A DNA stretch of 64,000 nucleotides from Podarcis bocagei (Eukaryota). Below the pieces are notes generated by a model that worked only from the letters and a program-made list of their open reading frames with translations, ran no database searches and was not told the DNA's origin. A program made the translations under genes and the position numbers. The DNA lies in the NCBI GenBank assembly GCA_964188305.1, contig OZ076885.1; one strand, 5' to 3'. Shown here piece after piece: positions 12,423 to 43,770 of this stretch; positions within the stretch are counted from its first letter, which is position 1, and each line of letters starts with the position of its first letter.

Positions 12423-15400
12423 AGCACGTCGCTTTAACTGAGCACAAGTGATTTCTGAACTTTTGCCTGACATGCAAGAGCCACAAACCCCCGAGAACTC
12501 AGGGCGTAGTTGAGACAACCCCATGGAATAGGAGGAATGGACCACTTCACGCCTTCCTTTTGAATTTCAACCATGCAGCTAAGCTTCTTTTACCTGGAGT
12601 TTCCTTCTTATTCTTTTGTTTTAAATAGTCAAGGAATAATTGTGCCAGCAGCCATGGCGTTAATCAGGCCAGAGGATTGAATGGCTCCTTCAAAAACTCA
12701 TAAAAGGATGGTGTGAGAAGCGACTGCAAGTTCGCCCATTTACCTCTCACAGGGAAACTGAGAAGATGCTACATATTGGGTGGTTTTCTATGCCTTCCCT
12801 ACACGAGAGCAAAATAAGCAATAGTCTCGAATCTGGTAAATATTGTGTACATAACGTGAATTGGAAAGTGCTGAAGGCTGACTCAGCTAAATGGAGTACC
12901 CTGGCATTGCTGAAACTGGGACACCCATGGTCTTTAATAAAGGATCACACAGATCCAGGAAACAAACTGTCGGTGCTTTGGAACCCATGGATTACATCTT
13001 CACATAGTTCACTTTCGTCCTTGTTTTTAAAGTTAAAATATATACTATATAAATATATATATAATTTTTAAAGTTTTTATTCTTTTTTGACTGTGTTCTT
13101 TTCTAAGTACTGCCATTTGCAGAAAGGTTTTATTTCTCTGTGAGCATTTGTGTGTATAATCTGTATTAGTCTGTGTATATATATCTAGATATATATTAGC
13201 TGTGTTTCACTGAAGACTGTCCCGGTTTGGCAATGAGAGAGGCAGCTAACTGGAAGTACAAGTCCTGGCTTTTGGCAGGCCTTTTTTTACCAGTGCCCAG
13301 CTAGTGCTAATCAGTAAATGAAGCACGAACGAGAGTTCTGTTTTCCCTGTGTTTGTGTTGGCTTTCAGCCCTGAAAAACTGCACGTGCTTGAAAGGTGTG
13401 TGTGTGTGTGATATCTTTCCCAGCTTTACTCTGTTGGGCAAGAGTTGTATGCCAACAGATGAAATATTAAAATGTACCTGGATTTATTCTAGTTGTGTGG
13501 TAAGTGCAGTTAAATCAGTTGAAAAAATCAGAGAACTCTCAAAAGTGGTTATTTGATGTTTTTGAGACATTTCAGGGTGTAGATGTTAGGGTTTGGTTAT
13601 TTAATAGTATTTGGATAACACGAAATTCATTTTGTAGCTTGTTTGACAAAAAGAACAAGAAAAATACTATCTAGAATTAATTTGTTTCAGTTCCTCATTT
13701 TAATACTGGAAATTTATTCCAGTTTTTTTCACTTTTGCTTTTGTGGCAATAAAATTGCTAATAATTGAGGTGCCTCTTGGTTTGCCCCTAACTCAGACTT
13801 TACTTTTGAAAAGGTTAACAGGTGTTGAGAGGGTTGTCATCCCCCCTTCTTGGAAATTGTTTTTAATTACAATTAGAACTTCCTAAGAAATATAATCCTT
13901 TGACTAGAAGACACAAACCATGGGCATTAGTAGGCAACAGGTATTACCTGTTGTGGAAGGATTTCCCTACAGGGCTTATAGAATTACAGGCTGTGTTAGG
14001 CAACTCTGAATGACATTTGCTGTGTCAAGGGTAGTATAGTAGGGTGATAACTTTATTATTTGCTTGGCTAGTCTGCCAAACCAAACAAAAGTTCTCCTAA
14101 GTCATACTGCCAAAAGCATAGTGTTTAAATTTATTCTATCATTGTGATTTTGCACTATTGACGGTCAGAGTTATTTGAATGCGCTTTTTAGTAAGGAATA
14201 AGGGGTTTTTCTTTAGGTGCAAAAGAGGAACCTCAAAACGAAATACTGTTCTGGAGTAAGGCTGTACATCTCGTTACTGATTCTGAGGTAGTGCTGTCCA
14301 TCTCTCTCTCCCCCCCCCCCCTCCCTCGAAACTCCCAGATAAATGCATTAAGTAATTGTCATGACACCTACAGGTTCATATTGATAGCATGGTCAAGATA
14401 AATTAACTCCCATATTTACAGTCAAAATATTATAGGTAGGTGTCATAATAAGACAGTATAGATCATTCAGGTTCAGAGTCATCCGAATTGTCAGGAATGT
14501 GGACTCATTAGAGCAATCGTATGTTTTTGCTTCATCTAGTATTGAGAATGCAACTTAGCCAAAAGTGATTGTAAGCCAGTGATTATGTCAAGCTATGGCA
14601 ACTTTCTAAATAGTTTTTTGCCCCCTAAGGTGAAATGTGCTGGCAAGGAAGGTACTATCTAGCGCTCCCTCTATATATGTAAATTTACATTTACATCCTT
14701 GTTGGCATTTGCAGTCCATTAAAATCTGTAGAATGTGTTGTGCGAGGGAGATTTTAAACTCAATCAGTTTTTATTGTCTATTGTTTTAACATGAAGTGCT
14801 GAAACTGTGCAAGATTTACGTTTGTACAGTTTTCTCGGCCATTCAGGATTACATTTAGAACCAAATTTTAAGTATGTGGTTTATAGCATTTTGTACTATA
14901 GGTCATCTTGAGAAATACAGAAACTTTGGGGACCTAAACAGCAGTGACTTCCTGCTGCTGTTTAGAATCCTGTTGCCTGCTAAAGGGAAGGTTTGTTTTT
15001 AGAGCGGTGTGATATGTAACTTTCTGAGACATTATTCTTGGGTTCAAAAGAAGGAAGCAACTAAATATGAGTTCACCCAATAGAATTTATAGTTTGGTTC
15101 ATGCCTGCATATTTTAAACCTCACTTTTCTACATTTGCCCTATTTTTGCTGTATTTTTCTGCTATATTTACTTTTGATAAAGAAAAATAGCCATATATGT
15201 GTTTGCACTAAGTAACTAAACTCTCCATAACCTCCACCCCTCCCCAACAAATCCTGTATATAGCTGGATTAATAAAATAGCTCAGGTTGTTTGCTAAAGA
15301 AAACTTTAGAAATCACCATGCACCTATTTTTTAATGAAGATTTTTCCTTATATAAAAAAGCTTGTTCTTTCTAGCCATGGGCTAGAAATTGAAAACCTAA

Positions 15401-16195
15401 GCATGCAAATATAGGGCATTAGGCATCAGTGTTTCACTTAAAGTTAAATCTGTCCATCAGTTTTGCCCTCACTACTGGAAGATGAATGCTCAGTGTTTTA
15501 TAAATGGAGTCTGTGGAAATAACCTTGAAGATACAGAGGATTCCAGTGATTTCTCTATCCTGGGCTCCCCGCCCCCTTCCACCACGGGGGAGTCAACAGC
15601 ATAAGGTTTACTACTTGTTTCAGGCATGCAGGGTCTTTCAAGTACTAAATGGGTTAACAAAACCTGCTTGCCCTGCAGCTAATTAAAGCTGGATTAATTA
15701 TAATTAAATAGTATTTCATTGGAAATCCATGGAATTTTTCAGATCCCTGTGATGGGAGTTTGGGGTAAGACGCGGAGCTGAGTTTCTGTACAAGAATTGG
15801 TGTTCTTTTTGAACCAGTGTAACATGGGGAGTGAACCGTCTCGGAATGAAAATGAAGTGGGTGGGTTGTTCCCCCTATGCTACTTCCCAGTGTTAACCTA
15901 CTTCTTTGCTCCCCTGCTTCTTTAATAAGTTATTCTCTAAAAACTTAGGGGGAGTGAGTGAATTGGGGTGAGAGTTCTTGTCATGTGTGTTTGAGGCAGT
16001 TGTCTTGGGGATTTTTTTTTAATGTTGGGAGTCACTTTGTGTCCCTTGACACTTAATGTGGAGCAGCACTTTTCTGTGTTTTAGCAGACTTGTTTCTATG
16101 TATTCTTTACTAAATTCTGCCTTCTTTTCTTCCTCTTTAAATGATGTGTAGATTGATTTCAGAGAAATTAAACACTCTTCATTAATGCTGAATCT
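12423..16195 (+). other. USP37: Probable long USP37 3'UTR
   Basis: Repeat-poor AT-rich stretch after the stop. Several AATAAA hexamers and a distal ATTAAA (16167-16172) followed by a T-rich tract. End position inferred. Confidence 0.5.
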
Positions 16196-17840
16196 CGTTT
16201 CTTTCTTTTTTAAAAAAAAAAAGATTCAGGTGTCTTACAGCTTTGTTTAGCAGAGAGTTACATTCTTCCCCTCCCTCTGCAGTGCATTGCACACCCTCAG
16301 AATATGCTTGAGAGGGTTGGGTGGTTCTCAGATTTCACTGCTGTTTATTGTTGTTGCAGTTGATACTCTAAATTTATGGCCGCCTATTTTTATGATTCTT
16401 CAAAACGTATTCCATTCCTTGGGGTTTGTATCCAACACAGCTGGTTTGTTAGTACAGCAGGCTTCCGCTTGCATAATGGACTTTCCCCCTCCTTTCCCCT
16501 CCTTTCCCCTCTAGCCCCCCCCCCCCCGCGGACCCTCAAAATCTGCTCCAGAGGGTTGGAGGACTCTCAGAGCAGATTTTGAGAGCATATGGGGAGAGGA
16601 GAGGAAGGAGAAGTCCTGCTTGCATAAAAGCTTTTGATACAGTCCCTAGTGTGCTTGGCTTAGTTTCATTTGAAGCGTAAATCCATTAGAGAAGATATGT
16701 TTCGAAAAGCCATTTTGATCCATAGAGGAAAGAAATATGCATTAGAAAGCTGACTTTCTCAGAAAGTCACCAGGCCATCAAATGTGCAGTTGTTCTTGCA
16801 TTTCCCTTCAGAGAAATGAAGCGCTACTTCTGCCAGTATGGAATAGGTATAAACCATTCTCTGAACAAAGTCTAGCTCCTTGAGACACAACAGCAACTGC
16901 CTGAGGAAAATCCATCCTAGTTCTGCTTTTGTCCTGTAAGGTAAGGTATGGTAAGTCGCTTCTCAAGTGGGGACAGGCCCTCATTTTGAAGACCTATGTA
17001 TCTGCATTATAAAATGCATATGGTAAGCCATATGGAATACTTTTCATTAAGGAAACTTCAGCTTGCTCTTCTACTCATTGCTTAAAGCCTGATAAATGGA
17101 AGTAACTGCAGTTGCTAGTCCTGTTGTCAGCATTTTCATGTGTGATTATTGAATAATGGGAATTTGCAGTCATGAATTTTCTACAAAATTTATTTCAATT
17201 GCCTATGATTAGCCCTAGCCCACTAAATGTGATCAAAAACCACACTTTTGTGTGCAGGCGAATTGGAATTCACTCTGCACTTCTGGGTTCAGAGAAAAAC
17301 CATGGAAAGTGGTGTGTATGTAAAGAAACAATTTAAAATTGTGTGGAAATGTAGTTGCATCAATTCCTGTTTCACAGGGGCGGGGTAGGGGGACTCCTCC
17401 CTATAGTATAATACTGGGGTTGGTAAAACAAAACTGCAGAAATTTGTCAACACTGAGCATACATAATGTAGATCTTAGTGATGTCATTGCAGACATATTG
17501 GGGGAAAAAATGTCGAAGTGCCAAAATTTATTCAGGAATTCAGAGAAGGGAAGATCAAGGGGGAAATGGAGTGATCAGCTACAAGACAGCCTGGTGTTGG
17601 TGACTCACTAGAATAAATCACTACCTTGTTTCATAGGTGGAGAAAGATGATACTCAAGTGGGCAGACACAAGTTTAAAGGCTCCATTTTCCTGCCTGGGC
17701 TGCCCTGTGTTTCTGGTAACTCAGAATTTGACCACCTATAGGGTTAATGAATAAAATCCCCTTTGTTGCTGCATATAATCCAGTGGCAGAAAATGCTTGA
17801 TTGTTCATTCTGGGACACTCCAAACAAACTTGGAATTATT

Positions 17841-17846
17841 TTTATT
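17841..17846 (-). terminator. Candidate VIL1 polyadenylation signal AATAAA
   Basis: AATAAA on - about 50 nt after the stop, with U/GU-rich sequence downstream. Confidence 0.55.
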
Positions 17847-17896
17847 TTAAGTAAAAATATCCACTTTGAGGCAATGACAGCAGAAAGTTTACATTT

Positions 17897-37632
<19,736 letters not shown>

Positions 37633-40121
37633 GGTGATGGTTGATGTTTTGTGGGGGGATCTGCCCTTAGGAGTGGGAAAGTTCATTAGCAATGCAGCCA
37701 GGTTACAAACAACCAACGTTTAAATATTGCAGAAGAATGGTCTATGCTCAGACCCCAAACTTCACATCGCTACTCCCCACCTCCACATTAATGTTGTTAA
37801 GAAAACCAGACTATTACTCCTTGCATTCATTCAGATCGCATTCCTAAAAGTTTGCTAAAGGGGGAAGTATTAAGATGGTTCACACTGCTGTGCTTTAGGA
37901 CTTTGCTCAACCTGAGCTGCTAGAGAACTCCTAGATCTAATTTCTCCTCGCAAGAATTTAGAGCGGAACTAACCAGTTGGTAGCTAGTTTAAAGGAAACT
38001 AGACATTTTAACTACCATGCAGATGAACTGAGATCTTGTGATGTCTGTGTCAAAAGCCCAAGGGCTTTGCTTAAGTCAAACTAATTCAGCTCTTGCCAAA
38101 AGACTTGTTATTACAACGTTATTATTACCAAAAACATTGTTTGGGTTCACTCAAATGAAAGGTAAAGATTTTTACAGCTGGTGGGAAATCAGCCTTAAAT
38201 CTGTGTCTCCTGAATGAGTCATTATGTATGTACACACATGCTTTCAACATTGCCAAGGATGTCACAGCTGATTTCCTTTAAGTTTATTTCCTATTTCCAG
38301 AAGACAGAGTGAGAGAGCAAGTGTGTAGGTGTAGGAACAGAAACATTGGAAGTTACTGAGTAAGATATTTGGTCCATCTAGCTCAGTATTGTCAACACTG
38401 ACCAGAAGCAGCTCTCTGAGCGACATGGAGATGGTGGGAACTGAGCCAAAGAGTATGTGAGAGAACAATTGAGGGAGAGAGGGCATGAGCCCCAGCCCCC
38501 TTCATCCCCACAGTGAGTAGGATGGAGCCATGTGTCCTACTTTACACAGTAAAGAGTTATCAGCTGAGGACAGGCCGGTCCAAGCCCAGTTTAAAGAGAA
38601 ATAATCTCCAGAAGGGACAACAGAATTGGACCTTGAAGTTGCCCATCCAAAGTGAGCACCTGGACGACCAACAGACTGAGCAGGCACACACAGGTCACCT
38701 GATCAAAGTCTTCTCCACTATGGTGAGATGTACTTTATTTCAATTTAAATTGTAGTAATGGTTTCTAAATTTGAATCTATGCACATGAATTAACCTATGC
38801 AAATCTTATGGAAATTGGTGCCCTGGGAAAACAATTTGCTGTGATTCAAACCTAAACCTGCCTCTCATAACAAAATACATGCCCAGCTCTCCAGCTCCTC
38901 TTCACTTGAGCTCCAGGTGTTTCCCTAGTCAGCTAAGTTTGGCTTTTAAGGGGTGAAAAAGGCAGCAGTCGCTGTCCACAGACCAGCTCAGGCTATTAGG
39001 GAGTGCATCGCAGTCTATCTCAGGCACGTAAATCATAAAGTCCATGGAGGTGATGCACACCTGTAATTTCTCTGCCTGGTGCTAAAATCTGAATGCTTAT
39101 GGGCAATTTATTAGGCAGGGCTGTACGCACGCTGGCAGAAATGCAGAAAAGCCATTGGACATATCATTGGTCACAGAAGTCAGCTTCTGAAAGAATCTTA
39201 AGATTTGCTTAAGAGGAAAGCAGCTTTCAAAACCTTAAGATTGCAGAGCTATGCTTGGAAGTATGTTGGAAAAAAATGCTATGAAGATTAGAAGTTAGAA
39301 AATTGACTGAATTAGATTTTTAAGGGTCATTGCGGAAGAGGACTTCTGTGTGGGTTCCTTGCTCCTCTTCATGATTAGCAAAAGCAAAATAAATTATGTA
39401 AAACAAAACAGAACCCAACATTTTGCATAATTCAGCTTTCATCAGAATTTGGGATATCTTGGTTCAAACCCTTTTTATTTTTTTAAGTGCTATGCATGCA
39501 GACAGCTCTGGATTTGAGAACTTGAGAAGGCTTGGAAAAGGGATTTCCATTTATCCCTTCACTCTACATCACTGCCACAGATTTCACTTCTAGGCAATGG
39601 GTTTTAAGATGAATATGTTAAATTGGGCAATGAACATGAAACGTGATTTCAGGTTTGCAGGAACGGGCCATAGCTCAATGGCAGCACACATGGCTTGTGA
39701 ACCAAATGCCTGGCAGTCTCCAGTTGGAGTCTCAAAGAGCAGAACTTAGTTAGACTTGCCTAAGACCAGGAATCCTTATGCTCTCTACAGTAGATGATGA
39801 TGAGCTGCAGCTCCCATCAGCACCAGTCAGCATGGCCAATGACCAAGGGTGATGGGAGGTGCAACATCTGAAGGACCACAAGTTTCCAATCCTGGCACAG
39901 CAAATACAGGACTAGATGGGCCAATGGTTTGATCAGGTATAAGGCAGATTTGTGTTTTTATCAATTAATTGATTGCATTTTTATCCCTGTTCCATTAAAA
40001 GGAGCTGAGAGGGATATATAATAAAAGTTTAAAAACAACAGAATCCAGTCAAAATAATTGAAATACTCACACAAGTACATCAACATTAAAAAAAACCATA
40101 GCACAATCACAAAACCAGCAT

Positions 40122-40247
40122 TAGAATTATAGAACTGTAGAATTGGAAGGGACCCTGAGGGTCATCTAGTCCAACCCCCTGCAATGCAGGAATCCATAGC
40201 AGTCCCTAGGTGGGCTTGAACCACCAACCTTCTGGTTAACAGCCAGA
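40122..40247 (-). mobile_element. 5'-truncated tRNA-Asn-derived SINE with CR1-type 3' tail
   Basis: Minus: GGCTGTTAACCAGAAGGTTGGTGGTTCAAGCCCACCTAGGGAC (3' half of tRNA-Asn(GTT)), then GGGGGTTGGACTAGATGACCC..CCCTTCCAA.TCTA (CR1 3' end). Confidence 0.75.
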
Positions 40248-40254
40248 CAGCATG

Positions 40255-40660
40255 CCTTCATTCTGCTAAGGCTTAAGTAAACAGATGCATCTTTAACTGA
40301 TGCTTAAATGTTAAACAAGGAGGAGAACCACAGCTCTAAGGGGAGGAGAGTGCCATAGTCAGGGTGCCACAGCGAAGAAGGCTCTGCCATGTGTCTTTAA
40401 GATAGGCAGGGGAAAGCATATCAGAGATTAATCCTAGCAAGGCACATGAGTGAGAGCTTCTCTTGCCTATCTTAAAGACTAGATCCGCTGATATAGAGGC
40501 ACTCCTGTGGGTACTTGGGCCTTGAGCCATTTAAATCTTCGCAAGCTAATACAAAGCCTTGAATTGGGCCCAGTAGCTCACAGGCAGCCATTGGTGCCTT
40601 TCTAGGATCAATGTCTTATGTTCCCGTTTTGCTGCTCAACAACCGGGCACTCTCATGCAG
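40255..40660 (-). mobile_element. Old antisense L2-like fragment just upstream of the young L2
   Basis: Reverse complement resembles the decayed C-terminal part of L2 ORF2 (RAFSVVAP-like: GAGCCTTCTTCGCTGTGGCACC). Confidence 0.45.
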
Positions 40661-43600
40661 TTCTTCACATTTCTTCAGCAATTTGCTCTGGATCCACAAT
40701 GCCCCCTGGTTCCTATTACCATGTCATTACAGAGGAGGCAGGTTTAGTCGTTGTCTGAGGACTATCCCTGCCTCCGGGTCTGGTCCTGACCGGATGGATA
40801 CTAGAATCAGCAAGGGATACCCACATGACCTGAAGGTGCTGCTGTGCAATGCCAGGTCCATGATTCATAAGACCACTGCCATCCATGACTTGATCATGGA
40901 TGGAGGATTTGACCTGGCATGTGTAACAGAGACTTGGTTGGATGAAGCAGATGGGCCTGTCCTTGCCGCTGCTTGTCCACCAGGTTTCTCTTACGCACAA
41001 CAACCCAGGTCACGTGGGCGGGGAGGGGGGGTTGCAGTGATTTTTAGGAAGTCATTAGTTTGCACCAGGCGTCCTATTGGGAAGACCCAGTTTTCTGAGT
41101 GCATGTTCTGGAAGTTGGGCAATAGGGGCAGTACAGGATTCCTTTTGGTGTACCGACCTCCCCGCCGCACCAAGGATTCCCTGCCCGAGCTGCTTCAGGT
41201 CGTGGCGGATGTTCTCCTGGAGACACCTAGCCTGGTCGTCCTAGGGGATTTTAACATCCATGCCGACACGACCTTACAAGGGGCCGCTCGGGACTTCGTG
41301 GAAAGCATGGCCTCCATGGGGCTGTCCCTGAATAAGTCTGGCCCAACCCATAGCCGTGGACATGCCTTGGACCTGGTGTTTACCTCTATGGATGTTGGTG
41401 ATCTGACACTAAGTAAAAGCGAAATGAAAGAAGTGCCATGGTCAGATCACTTCCTGGTGCAACTGGACTTCTCTGCGACCCATCCCCTCTGCAGGGAGGT
41501 GGGACCAATTCGGATGGTCCGCCCCCGCCACTTAATGGATCCAAATGGTTTCCAGAGAGTGGTAGGGGATGCTTTATCCCATGTTGATGGCCTTTCAGCC
41601 GATTCCCTGGTGGCCCGCTGGAATGTGGAGTTAACCAGGGCTATTGACTGTTTGGCTCCGAAGCGCCCTCTCCGATTGCATGGAGCCCGGACAGCCCCGT
41701 GGTTTTCCACGGATCTGAGGGCAATGAAACAATCGCTGAGACGGCTAGAGCGCCGGTGGCGGATAACTCATTCCGAATCTGACCGGACACAGGTTAGAGC
41801 TCAACGTCGAGCCTACCAAGTGGCGATAGCGGCGGCGAAGAAGAATTTCTTCACCGCCTCTATTGCATCTGCAGAAAACAGCAGCAGGAGACTTTTTCAG
41901 GTGGTTCACAATTTAGCGGAACCACCTGCAACATCGGGGCCCAGTACGGGCCACATGTTCTCCTGCAATGATTTTGCAAAGTTTTTTGCAGATAAAATCG
42001 CCCAGATTCGGGAAGAAGTAGACTCCACCGTGGGAGCAGGGCCGGGGCGGGAGAGTGCTAGAGTTCTGTCTAGTCAAGTTGAGTGGGATCAATTTCAATC
42101 TGTTACCGCCGAGGATGTGGACAGGCTGCTTGGACGAGTGAAACCAACCACCTGTCTCCTGGATCCTTGCCCATCCTGGCTTATAAAAGCTAGCCGGGAA
42201 GGACTGGGCGATGGGCTTCGTGGGGTGGTGAATGCTTCCCTCCGTGAGGGAGCCTTCCCAGACCCGCTGAAAGAGGCGGTTATTAAACCGCTTCTTAAAA
42301 AACCATCTTTAGATGCGGCCACGATGGCCAACTATCGCCCAGTCTCAAATCTTCCATTCCTGGGCAAGGTGATTGAGCGAGCGGTTGCCGAACAACTCCA
42401 GGCACGCCTGGAAGAAGCGGACCATTTGGATCCCTTCCAGTCGGGATTCAGGCCTCATCATGGGACTGAAACTGCCTTGGTCGCACTGGTTGATGATCTC
42501 CGGCGGGCTAGGGACAAAGGTGAGAGCTGTTTCCTAGTTCTGCTGGATCTCTCAGCGGCGTTTGATACCATCGACCATAGCATCCTTCTGGACCGTCTTG
42601 AGGGGCTGGGAGCTGGGGGCACTGTTATACAGTGGTTCCGCTCCTTCCTCCTGGGCCGTGTTCAGAAAGTGGTGGTGGGGGATGAGTGTTCAGACCCTTG
42701 GGCCCTCACTTGTGGGGTGCCTCAGGGTTCTGTCCTCTCCCCCATGCTTTTTAACATCTATATGAAGCCGCTGGGAGAGATCATCAGGAGGTTTGGGCTG
42801 GGTGTTCATCAGTATGCGGATGACACCCAGCTCTACCTCTCTTTTAAATCAGAACCAGTGAAGGCGGTGAAGGTCCTGTGTGAGTGTCTGGAGGCGGTTG
42901 GAGGATGGATGGCGGCTAACAGATTGAGGTTGAATCCTGACAAGACAGAAGTACTGTTTTTGGGGGACAGGAGGCGGGCAGGTGTGGAGGATTCCCTGGT
43001 CCTGAATGGGGTAACTGTGCCCCTGAAGGACCAGGTGCGCAGCCTGGGAGTCATTTTGGACTCACAGCTGTCCATGGAGGCACAGGTCAAATCTGTGTCC
43101 AGGGCAGCTGTTTACCAGCTCCATCTGGTACGTAGGCTGAGACCCTATCTGCCTGTGGACTGTCTCGCCAGAGTGGTGCATGCTCTGGTTATCTCCCGCT
43201 TGGACTACTGCAATGCGCTCTACGTGGGGCTACCTTTGAAGGTGACGCGGAAACTACAATTAATCCAGAATGCGGCAGCTAGACTGGTGACTGGGAGCGG
43301 CCGCCGAGACCATATAACACCGGTCTTGAAAGACCTGCATTGGCTCCCAGTACGTTTCCGAGCACAATTCAAAGTGTTGGTGCTGACCTTTAAAGCCCTA
43401 AACGGCCTCGGTCCAGTATATCTGAAGGAGCGTCTCCACCCCCATCAGTCTGCCCGGACGCTGAGGTCCAGCGCCGAGGGCCTTCTGGCGGTTCCCTCAC
43501 TGCGAGAAGCAAAGCTACAGGGAACCAGGCAGAGGGCCTTCTCGGTAGTGGCGCCCGCCCTGTGGAACGCCCTTCCAGCAGATGTCAAAGCGATAAACAA

Positions 43601-43661
43601 CTACCTGACATTCAGGAGACATCTTAAGGCAGCCCTGTTCAGGGAAGTTTTTAACGTGTGA
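40611..43661 (+). CDS. LINE ORF2: APE endonuclease plus reverse transcriptase, uninterrupted (true start probably ~40790)
   Basis: APE motifs CNARS, VTETW, VYRPP, VLGDFN, LDLVF, SDH; RT motifs YRPVSNL, QSGFR, LDLSAAFD, GVPQGSVLSP, YADD. Confidence 0.93.
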   Translation: MSYVPVLLLNNRALSCSSSHFFSNLLWIHNAPWFLLPCHYRGGRFSRCLRTIPASGSGPDRMDTRISKGYPHDLKVLLCNARSMIHKTTAIHDLIMDGGFDLACVTETWLDEADGPVLAAACPPGFSYAQQPRSRGRGGGVAVIFRKSLVCTRRPIGKTQFSECMFWKLGNRGSTGFLLVYRPPRRTKDSLPELLQVVADVLLETPSLVVLGDFNIHADTTLQGAARDFVESMASMGLSLNKSGPTHSRGHALDLVFTSMDVGDLTLSKSEMKEVPWSDHFLVQLDFSATHPLCREVGPIRMVRPRHLMDPNGFQRVVGDALSHVDGLSADSLVARWNVELTRAIDCLAPKRPLRLHGARTAPWFSTDLRAMKQSLRRLERRWRITHSESDRTQVRAQRRAYQVAIAAAKKNFFTASIASAENSSRRLFQVVHNLAEPPATSGPSTGHMFSCNDFAKFFADKIAQIREEVDSTVGAGPGRESARVLSSQVEWDQFQSVTAEDVDRLLGRVKPTTCLLDPCPSWLIKASREGLGDGLRGVVNASLREGAFPDPLKEAVIKPLLKKPSLDAATMANYRPVSNLPFLGKVIERAVAEQLQARLEEADHLDPFQSGFRPHHGTETALVALVDDLRRARDKGESCFLVLLDLSAAFDTIDHSILLDRLEGLGAGGTVIQWFRSFLLGRVQKVVVGDECSDPWALTCGVPQGSVLSPMLFNIYMKPLGEIIRRFGLGVHQYADDTQLYLSFKSEPVKAVKVLCECLEAVGGWMAANRLRLNPDKTEVLFLGDRRRAGVEDSLVLNGVTVPLKDQVRSLGVILDSQLSMEAQVKSVSRAAVYQLHLVRRLRPYLPVDCLARVVHALVISRLDYCNALYVGLPLKVTRKLQLIQNAAARLVTGSGRRDHITPVLKDLHWLPVRFRAQFKVLVLTFKALNGLGPVYLKERLHPHQSARTLRSSAEGLLAVPSLREAKLQGTRQRAFSVVAPALWNALPADVKAINNYLTFRRHLKAALFREVFNV

Positions 43662-43770
43662 CATTTTACTGTCTTTTTGGTTTTTATGGAAGCCGCCCAG
43701 AGTGGCTGGGGAGGCCCAGCCAGATGGGCGGGGTATAAATAATAAATTATTATATTATTATTATTATTAT
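40715..43770 (+). mobile_element. Young L2-clade (L2/CR1 group) non-LTR retrotransposon, 5'-truncated (no ORF1 seen)
   Basis: Intact ORF2, short 3'UTR with stem-loop (43693-43731) and (TTA)n tail; L2-type C-terminus SRLDYCNALY..KLQLIQNAAAR..HITPVL..LHWLP; 5' boundary approximate. Confidence 0.85.

Noticed and set aside
40202-40247. tRNA-Asn gene
   Set aside because: Only the 3' half is present, with substitutions, and it is joined to a CR1 tail; a SINE relic.
40611-43661. Novel host RT gene or prokaryotic retron/DGR-type system
   Set aside because: APE+RT architecture, 3' stem-loop, TTA tail and another family copy in the window identify an ordinary LINE ORF2.
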